NCBI GenBank assembly: GCA_963664115.2
Contig: CAXWPJ010000002.1
Span: 768,001-832,000, forward strand
Reading direction: 5' to 3'
Source of the DNA: Terriglobia bacterium
GTDB taxonomy: Bacteria; Acidobacteriota; Terriglobia; 20CM-2-55-15
DNA length: 64,000 nucleotides
Shown here: positions 57,321 to 64,000 of the stretch, piece by piece
How positions within the stretch are numbered: the stretch's first letter is position 1
Layout: every line of letters begins with the position of its first letter
Program-made: the position numbers and the translations under genes
Notes under the pieces: model-generated
Told to the model about the DNA's origin: nothing
Seen by the model: the letters and a program-made list of their open reading frames with translations, nothing else
Database searches by the model: none

Positions 57321-58850
57321 CTAAGGCCGTTGACCGAGGCCGCGTGTTTCAACCAGCCTGCAGGCGAGTGAAGAAGAAGTTGCGGTCGAGGGCTGCTTTT
57401 CCGTGCGGTCAGTCGCCATCGAATTGGAGGCCGGCTTTTCCACATCCGCGTAGAGGACGAGGTCGCCGGCGAAAGACTCGTGGTGCACGTTTGTCAATCT
57501 GCCGTTGCCCGGAGTCATCGGCAGCGAGGGTTTGACGGCTGTCAGACTGTCGACGAACTGAGGGACAATCGTGATGATCATCCGGTCAACCAGATGGCAG
57601 GCCACGAAGTCCGTGATGACTCCCGCCCCCCCCTCGACCATCAATGAGCGGATACCCAGCTCATAAAGATGCCGCAGTAACATGTGGAGATCGACCCGGC
57701 CATTGGGGTTGGAAGACAGGCGGACGACGTCGGCTCCGCGCGCCCGCAGCCGTGTTTCTCGAAGAGCGCTCGCCTGTTCCGTTGTCGCGATAATCGGCGG
57801 CACGCATGGAGGGCTCAAGAGTCTGGCCTCGAGAGGTGAGCGCAGGTGTGAGTCGAGAACGACCGGCTGTGGGTTCTTTCCGGCAACGAGGCGAACCGTC
57901 AGGCGCGGGTCGTCCGACAACAGTGTGTTGATTCCGACCAGGATCGCATCGTGCATTGAACGCAGTCGGTGCGTCAGGGCTTGCGATTCGGGGTTGCTGA
58001 GCTGGAGCGGTTTGCCGGCCTCGGCTGCGATCGCCCCATCGAGGCTCTGGGCGTAGCTCAATGTCACCGACGGCACTGCATCCGGGTGAGGAAGCGCCTC
58101 CCCTTGCCGCAGGCTGGCGCGCAGTCGGGACACTACGCCGCCGTTGTCGGGCTCGGGCGCAGTTTCAATGGAAATGGTCCCAGCGGCATGGTTCGTGAGA
58201 ACTTCACCTGCGGGGGTGGCGATGGCGGGCAACGGGCTGAGGAGATGGCCCATTTTGGACGCTTTCGTCTGAAGGTATGCGTAATTTTCCGGTCGCGGTG
58301 GAATGTAGTGTCGCGCCCGTTCAACCACACGGATGCCAAATGCCTCCAGCGCTTTTACCTTCTCGGGGTTGTTGGTCGCAAGTCGAACGGAGTAGACTCC
58401 CTGGTCGTTCATCATCGCGGCAGCGTGCGCGTAGCTCCGCACGTCCGCGGGGAATCCCAGATGCAGGTTCGCTTCCACAGTATCCATCCCCTCGTCCTGC
58501 AAAGCATAGGCACGGATCTTGTTGGTCAGTCCGATGCCCCTCCCCTCCTGCCTCAGGTACAGGAGCAGACCGCGGCCTTCCTCGGATATGTAGTCCAGCG
58601 CGGCCTGCAACTGTTCCCCGCAATCGCAGCGTATCGAGCCGAACACGTCCCCGGTCAGGCATTCGGAATGGATGCGAACCAGTGGCGGCGAGCCGTCCAG
58701 CTCACCCATGCGGACCGCGAGGTGCTCCTTACCTTCCCCGTCCCGGTATACGGTAACGGTAAATTCACCTAAGGCCGTCGGGATACGGGCCGACCCTGAT
58801 CGGTGAATCGTGTCCCCTGTGGTTGTTCCGAGATCTACTTTCATATCCAA
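57321..58850 (-). CDS. ribA: GTP cyclohydrolase II fused to a RibD C-terminal reductase domain
   Basis: [30 protein letters not shown] and TNNPEK, then AQSLDG, DAILVG..T...DDP.LTVR and VEGG. Confidence 0.85.
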   Translation of the reverse strand: MDMKVDLGTTTGDTIHRSGSARIPTALGEFTVTVYRDGEGKEHLAVRMGELDGSPPLVRIHSECLTGDVFGSIRCDCGEQLQAALDYISEEGRGLLLYLRQEGRGIGLTNKIRAYALQDEGMDTVEANLHLGFPADVRSYAHAAAMMNDQGVYSVRLATNNPEKVKALEAFGIRVVERARHYIPPRPENYAYLQTKASKMGHLLSPLPAIATPAGEVLTNHAAGTISIETAPEPDNGGVVSRLRASLRQGEALPHPDAVPSVTLSYAQSLDGAIAAEAGKPLQLSNPESQALTHRLRSMHDAILVGINTLLSDDPRLTVRLVAGKNPQPVVLDSHLRSPLEARLLSPPCVPPIIATTEQASALRETRLRARGADVVRLSSNPNGRVDLHMLLRHLYELGIRSLMVEGGAGVITDFVACHLVDRMIITIVPQFVDSLTAVKPSLPMTPGNGRLTNVHHESFAGDLVLYADVEKPASNSMATDRTEKQPSTATSSSLACRLVETRGLGQRP

Positions 58851-59149
58851 TGAACAATAGCCAGTTTCAAAAAGTGCAGTTCGCGCCTTCAGCGCACACC
58901 TGCGGAGGCGTGGATGCCACCGAGGCCATGAAGACGTTTACGAAAAACCTGGGGACGGGCACCTAACCCGCGTCCGAGCTAAACACAAACACGTACATCC
59001 GTCAATTGTTCCGATCTTTAAGCCCCGTTTGCGAGTTGTCATCCGCGGGGCGAGCGGCTGTTCTCCGGAAGTATAGTGCAGTACATTGAACATCTCATGC
59101 TAGTGGTCCATATGATTCGCAGCCCTCTGGCCATGCCCGGGCTCGACGG

Positions 59150-59725
59150 GTGAGTTCAGAAAAGCAAACTTCAGCCAGGCTCTTTCTCGTCCGTCATGGC
59201 CAGGATCTGGATAATTCTCGTTCTCTGATCAACGGCAGACGAGATACTCCCCTGACTGACCTGGGGAGAACCCAGGCGCTGGCCGTGGCCGAGCAGCTTC
59301 GATCGGAGGTAATCAATTGCGTTTACACCTCACCACTCCAACGAGCGAGCGAGACGGCTTCAATAATCTCCGAGAACCTAGGTATTGCGGAAATTCATGT
59401 GGAGTCGGACCTCATCGAGAGAGATTATGGAGTGCTCACCGGAAGACCGGTCGCCGACATCCCTCTACACGCCAGCAACATAATCGTGTTGGATGATTTT
59501 CGCTACGTCATCGATTCACCTGGCGTGGAAGACTACGCGCGTCTGTGGACACGGGCGGGAGACGCTCTTCGGAGCATCCAGAATCGCCATGCCGGTCAGA
59601 GGGTTCTCGTCGTGGCCCACAACGAAGTGATCAAGATGCTGCGGGCGAATTTCTATGGGAAGTCCTGGGAAGATGAACTGCGGCTCTCCCCCGTGAATAA
59701 CTGTGAGGTGATCGCTCTGGCTTAG
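59150..59725 (+). CDS. Histidine phosphatase family protein
   Basis: LVRHGQ, SPLQRA.ET and VVAH. Confidence 0.85.
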   Translation: MSSEKQTSARLFLVRHGQDLDNSRSLINGRRDTPLTDLGRTQALAVAEQLRSEVINCVYTSPLQRASETASIISENLGIAEIHVESDLIERDYGVLTGRPVADIPLHASNIIVLDDFRYVIDSPGVEDYARLWTRAGDALRSIQNRHAGQRVLVVAHNEVIKMLRANFYGKSWEDELRLSPVNNCEVIALA

Positions 59726-59772
59726 ACGGGTCCGCCTCTCGACGGAACCGAACAAAGAGTTCGAGTCCGATA

Positions 59773-60525
59773 TTATTTCAGCGATGGACGGCGGGCGACG
59801 CGCGCTAGCCAGGCGATATCGATGGCAAACGAACTGCTCATTAGCGCGAGTCCGGCCAACGCGACGACATCGCTGGTCGGCGGCAGGAGCGGTGGAGCGA
59901 GGCAGACGGTCAACGATAGTGCAGCCACGACGCAGATCATCTGCCGCCCTCGACGTTTCGGCAACGTGCGCTTCATCCACGGCAGCAGATAGCTCGATGC
60001 GACGAACACGTAGCGCATCAGTCCGGCCGCAAGAATCCAGGGTCCGGCTTTGCCGTACTGCCACACCAGTGCGGCCATGCCGAAGATCAGCAACGCGTCG
60101 GTTTCCATGTCGAAACGTGCCCCAAAATCGCTCGTGTCACCTCGACTACGTGCAAGCCAGCCGTCGACACCGTCCATAGTGATAACAAGCGATGCGAGGA
60201 TCACTGCAAACCAGGCTTCCGCGGAGCTTGCCCTTTCACCGATCAGCGCAAGCAACATCGCGGCCATCGCGGCGCGCGCCAGCGTCACACGGTTTGCCAT
60301 TCCGAACCTATCCGAGACCAGGTGCTTCTCGGCAAGCGCCAGGATCAGCGTGGCGCCGAAACCGAAAATCAGGATTGCTTTGAGGGGGAAGAGTCTGCCG
60401 AGATCGAGGAGCCACCCCACGGTCCAGGCAAATCCCGTTGTTGCGATCAAGCAGACCGCGACGCTCCAACGGGCATTTTGTGCCGCTGTGAACTGGCGAT
60501 GAACCCTGTTAGCCAAGATCGACAT
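59773..60525 (-). CDS. CDP-alcohol phosphatidyltransferase family protein
   Basis: ANRVTLAR and DGVDGWLAR...SDFGARFDMETD. Confidence 0.9.
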   Translation of the reverse strand: MSILANRVHRQFTAAQNARWSVAVCLIATTGFAWTVGWLLDLGRLFPLKAILIFGFGATLILALAEKHLVSDRFGMANRVTLARAAMAAMLLALIGERASSAEAWFAVILASLVITMDGVDGWLARSRGDTSDFGARFDMETDALLIFGMAALVWQYGKAGPWILAAGLMRYVFVASSYLLPWMKRTLPKRRGRQMICVVAALSLTVCLAPPLLPPTSDVVALAGLALMSSSFAIDIAWLARVARRPSLK

Positions 60526-60705
60526 GACCGAGGAGAAGTCCTTTTCTGTTCTTGTACAACCCTGCCTTTCGTATAGTGTAGAAGACCTGTAAATGGACCT
60601 TTCTAGCGCGTACCTTTCAATAGTTCTTGAATTCCAGATTTCGAAGAATACTTGCATCTATTGTTTCATGCAGCAAGTATCGGCCGCCACCAAGAGAAAA
60701 ACGTG

Positions 60706-61689
60706 ATGTCCAATGCCAGCGATGATGCGCGCTCGTTCTGGGTCGTCGGACCGGGCTCGGGCGAAATCCGTGCCGAGACTTTGAGGGAACCGACCAGCCA
60801 GGAAGTTCTGGTCCGGACGCTGTACAGCGGCATCAGTCGTGGCACTGAAGCCCTTGTCTTTAACGGTGCGGTACCGGCAAGCGAGTTCGGACGGATGCGG
60901 GCGCCGTTTCAGGCCGGCGATTTTCCTTCGCCGGTCAAGTATGGATATAACAATGTCGGGCACGTGGAACAGGGACCGCCCGGACTGCGGGGCCGTGTCG
61001 TTTTCTGTCTCTTTCCACATCAGACTCGCTACGTTGTGCCGGCCGAAGCCGTGTATCCGGTGCCGGCCGACGTGCCTGCCCAACGCGCGGTGCTCGCGGC
61101 CAACCTCGAAAGTGCGGTCAACAGTTTGTGGGATGCGGTCCCGAAAATTGGTGACCGCGTTGCCATCGTCGGCGCCGGTACGCTCGGGTGTCTCGTTTCG
61201 TGGCTGGTCGCAAAGATTCCGGGCTGTAGTGTCGAACTGATCGACATCGATCCCGACAAAGCAAGCGTCGCCGCCGCTCTGGGTGTCGGTTTTCGATCGC
61301 CCCAGCACGCAACTGCTGAGGCCGATCTGGTCATTCACACCAGCGCGACCGAGGAGGGTCTTTCCACCGCTTTCGGTCTCGCGGGTTTCGAGGCGAAGGT
61401 CATCGAGTTGAGCTGGTATGGAAACTGTCGGCCCGCGGTGGCACTGGGAGAGGCTTTCCACAGTCGACGCCTGAGTTTGCGCGCATCGCAAGTCAGTGCC
61501 ATCGCCCCGGTCCAGCGGGGCCGGTGGACTCCGAGACGCCGCATGGAGTTCGTTCTCCGACTGCTCAGCGATTCCGCGCTGGACGCATTGATCACGGGTG
61601 AAAGCAATTTCGACGAGCTGCCGAAGCTCATGCAAACGCTCGCGATGGCACCCGGGCGAACATTGTGCCATCGGATCGTCTATCAGTGA
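60706..61689 (+). CDS. MDR-superfamily dehydrogenase-like protein (zinc ligands not conserved)
   Basis: SGISRGTE, GY, GAGTLG and ELSWYG. Confidence 0.8.
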   Translation: MSNASDDARSFWVVGPGSGEIRAETLREPTSQEVLVRTLYSGISRGTEALVFNGAVPASEFGRMRAPFQAGDFPSPVKYGYNNVGHVEQGPPGLRGRVVFCLFPHQTRYVVPAEAVYPVPADVPAQRAVLAANLESAVNSLWDAVPKIGDRVAIVGAGTLGCLVSWLVAKIPGCSVELIDIDPDKASVAAALGVGFRSPQHATAEADLVIHTSATEEGLSTAFGLAGFEAKVIELSWYGNCRPAVALGEAFHSRRLSLRASQVSAIAPVQRGRWTPRRRMEFVLRLLSDSALDALITGESNFDELPKLMQTLAMAPGRTLCHRIVYQ

Positions 61690-61952
61690 CCTGTACCACC
61701 CAAATCGGGACCAGCGCCGATGGGTCTTGCCGGCGAGATCGAGGCGCGAGACGGAAGTCGATGTCTTCACATCGACGACGGCTCGCAACAAAGATATCGA
61801 CTGCAACCCCCATCGGCCCAAAGGGTTGTGGCGAAACGGCATTGTCTTCGTTGTCGTCAGCTCCTCGCAATGTAGGAGCATTTACTCGTCGCCGACTCCT
61901 AGAATCCAACGCCGTTTGGCCCGAACGCTGGTCCCGATTTGGGTGGTACAGG
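61690..61952. mobile_element. MITE-like element with 27-bp perfect terminal inverted repeats
   Basis: CCTGTACCACCCAAATCGGGACCAGCG (61690-61716) and its exact reverse complement (61926-61952). Confidence 0.8.
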
Positions 61953-61983
61953 CCACGCGCAGCCCGTCGCATAGAGGATTTTC

Positions 61984-62394
61984 ATGTATAGCATCTGCGT
62001 TCGTGACCACTTCATGATTGCGCACAGTTTCGACGGCGATGTGTTCGGTCCCGCTCAAAGTCTTCACGGCGCGACGTATGTCGTCGACGTTGAATTGCGC
62101 AGACCGAAACTCGACGAAAACGGCGTCGTCGTCGACATCGGTCTGGCAGGCCAGGCGCTCGATTCCGTGCTGTCAAAGCTCAACTACCGTAACCTCGATG
62201 AGGAGCCCGCCTTGACCGGCCGAAACACGACGACAGAGTTTCTCGCACGCATCGTTTTCGATCGCCTGGCGGAACGGATTCGGGGTGGTGAACTCGGCGA
62301 CGGTGCGCGTGGACTGATTTCGATGCGCGTAACCCTGCACGAATCACACATCGCATGGGCGGCATACGAGAACGAACTGACGGACCAGGACTAG
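61984..62394 (+). CDS. 6-pyruvoyl-tetrahydropterin synthase/QueD-like T-fold protein
   Basis: [20 protein letters not shown] and ESH. Confidence 0.85.
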   Translation: MYSICVRDHFMIAHSFDGDVFGPAQSLHGATYVVDVELRRPKLDENGVVVDIGLAGQALDSVLSKLNYRNLDEEPALTGRNTTTEFLARIVFDRLAERIRGGELGDGARGLISMRVTLHESHIAWAAYENELTDQD

Positions 62395-63530
62395 TGTCCA
62401 ATCCCAAGAAAGCGTCTGCGACCAATCGTCCCGCCGGCGCCCTGATCCTACTGGTACCCGGTGATCCCGAGACCCAGACCGGAGGCTACATCTACGACCG
62501 GCGCATCGTCTATGGTCTGGGCCGCCTGGGCTGGCACGTCGACATGTATTCTCTGGATGCGAGTTTTCCGCAACCGACGGCTCCGGCGTTGGATCATGCC
62601 CGCGGCGTACTCGCCGGTATTCCGGACGGGCAAATCGTCGTCATCGACAGCCTGGCGCTCGGGGGCTTGTCGGGACTGTTGGAGGCGGAAGCGGAGCGCC
62701 TCTGTCTGGTCGCCTTGATTCATCATCCCGTTGCCCTGGAGACCGGCCTGGACGGGGAAACAGCGCGCGTCTTCCTGGCATCGGAACGCGCTTCGCTCAC
62801 GTTCGTACGGCGAGTGGTCGTGACGAGTCCGTGGACATCGCGCAAGCTCGGCGAGTACGGCGTCGCGGCTGATCGCATCCGTGTGGTGTCGCCGGGTGTG
62901 GATGCCATGCCGGGCGGCCCGGAAAGACAGAAAGCTCGAACGGATATTCCGAACCGCGACGCGGCCGGCGAAACATCGTTGAACCTTCTTTGCGTCGCGA
63001 CTTTGACGCCGCGCAAAGGTCACGATGTGCTGTTCGATGCCCTGGCGCAGCTTGGCGACCGGCCATGGCATCTCTACTGCGCGGGTAGCCTGACCCGTGA
63101 CCCTTCGACCGCCGATGGCTTGCGCCGGCAGATCGACCGGCTAGGACTCGGCCCGAGAATCAGCTTGCTCGGGGAAGTCGATCGAGGGGAGCTTGAACGC
63201 CAGTACGCACGCTGCGACGTGTTCGTGCTCGCCTCTCATCTGGAAGGTTACGGCATGGCGCTGGCTGAGGCCATCGCGCGTGGCATACCGGTCGTCAGCA
63301 CTCTGGCTGGCGCGATCCCCGAGACCGTGCCCGCGAATGCGGGCGTGCTCGTGCCCCCGGGAGATTACCGGGCGCTGGCACAAGCATTGGCAAAGCTCAT
63401 GGACGACCCGGATACGCGCCGGCGGCTGGCTTCGAACGCGCTGGCAGCACGCAAGCTGCTGCCGACCTGGAGCCAGGCCTCGAGGCAGTTTGGGGCCGCG
63501 CTCGAGGATCTCGTGAGCAGCGAGTCGTGA
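62394..63530 (+). CDS. Glycosyltransferase family 4
   Basis: TGGYIYDRR, RKGHD and EGYGMALAEA. Confidence 0.9.
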   Translation: MSNPKKASATNRPAGALILLVPGDPETQTGGYIYDRRIVYGLGRLGWHVDMYSLDASFPQPTAPALDHARGVLAGIPDGQIVVIDSLALGGLSGLLEAEAERLCLVALIHHPVALETGLDGETARVFLASERASLTFVRRVVVTSPWTSRKLGEYGVAADRIRVVSPGVDAMPGGPERQKARTDIPNRDAAGETSLNLLCVATLTPRKGHDVLFDALAQLGDRPWHLYCAGSLTRDPSTADGLRRQIDRLGLGPRISLLGEVDRGELERQYARCDVFVLASHLEGYGMALAEAIARGIPVVSTLAGAIPETVPANAGVLVPPGDYRALAQALAKLMDDPDTRRRLASNALAARKLLPTWSQASRQFGAALEDLVSSES

Positions 63531-64000
63531 ACAGTTTTTCAGACGAATGGCTCTGCCTGCGCGAACCGCTCGATGTTGCATCGCGGTCCGCTGAACTTGC
63601 GGCGATTGTTGCGCAAGCAGTTCGCCCAATCGAATCGCGGGATCTACCAATTCACGTCGTCGATCTCGGCGCCGGCACGGGCGCCAACCTGCGTTACCTG
63701 GCACCGCTGCTCGGCGGCTCCCAGGACTGGCTGTTGGCCGAGGGGGATCCGTTGCTACTCGATGCCCTGGGTGACCGGATGCGGATCTGGGCAGATTCGT
63801 CCGGCGCGCGTGTCTTCGAAAGCGAGGGCGGGCTGATCGTTCGTGCGACCCGGTTCGAGTGCCATATCCGCTGCGTGGCCATCGATCTCGCAACGGAACT
63901 GGATCGCGTGGTATTACCAAAGCGATGTCTGCTTACTGCTTCCGCCCTGCTCGACCTGGTGTCGGAAGACTGGCTGGCGCGATTGGCCCAGCGCTCGATA
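63527..64000 (+). CDS. Class I SAM methyltransferase-like protein (partial, runs off the window)
   Basis: GTG start; FSDEWLCLREPLD...VDLGAGTGANLRYL...TASALLDLVS. Confidence 0.8.
   Translation, partial: MNSFSDEWLCLREPLDVASRSAELAAIVAQAVRPIESRDLPIHVVDLGAGTGANLRYLAPLLGGSQDWLLAEGDPLLLDALGDRMRIWADSSGARVFESEGGLIVRATRFECHIRCVAIDLATELDRVVLPKRCLLTASALLDLVSEDWLARLAQRSI

Noticed and set aside
58851-59149. FMN riboswitch upstream of the ribA fusion
   Set aside because: No RFN consensus segments recognisable on the minus strand.
1-64000. tRNA, rRNA, integrase or recombinase genes
   Set aside because: None recognised by eye; any recombinase for the dif-like sites would have to act in trans.

Overview
GC-rich bacterial accessory region, most likely from an Acidobacteriota-like genome (inferred from the Ser/Thr-kinase relics, the DUF6152 and DUF1592/DUF1552 genes and the TonB-like gene). 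I saw no rRNA, tRNA or CRISPR. Main points: (1) Two split ORF pairs are best read as selenoproteins with in-frame UGA and downstream SECIS-like hairpins: a deiodinase-like protein (215-1210) and an OsmC-like protein (17904-18377). (2) Remnants of one Ser/Thr kinase-beta-propeller gene family (six N-terminal starts, two C-terminal ends, one internal piece) bracket unrelated cargo genes at 1.2-9.3 kb and again at 33.2-40.0 kb. They lie next to six copies of a 34-bp, 11-6-11 dif/Xer-like palindromic site, which suggests an undescribed cargo-capture locus type; no recombinase is in the window. (3) A stranded integron-type gene cassette. (4) A 13-kb opgGH / LtaS-like transferase / RibA-RibD fusion / CDP-alcohol phosphatidyltransferase / PTPS-like / glycosyltransferase cluster that could make a GTP-derived lipid headgroup or glucan decoration. 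(5) An apparently intact IS1380 element, a MITE, REP-like palindromes, a covarying GGA-loop hairpin repeat, and two frameshifted genes. All product calls come from motif recognition by eye, not database searches.
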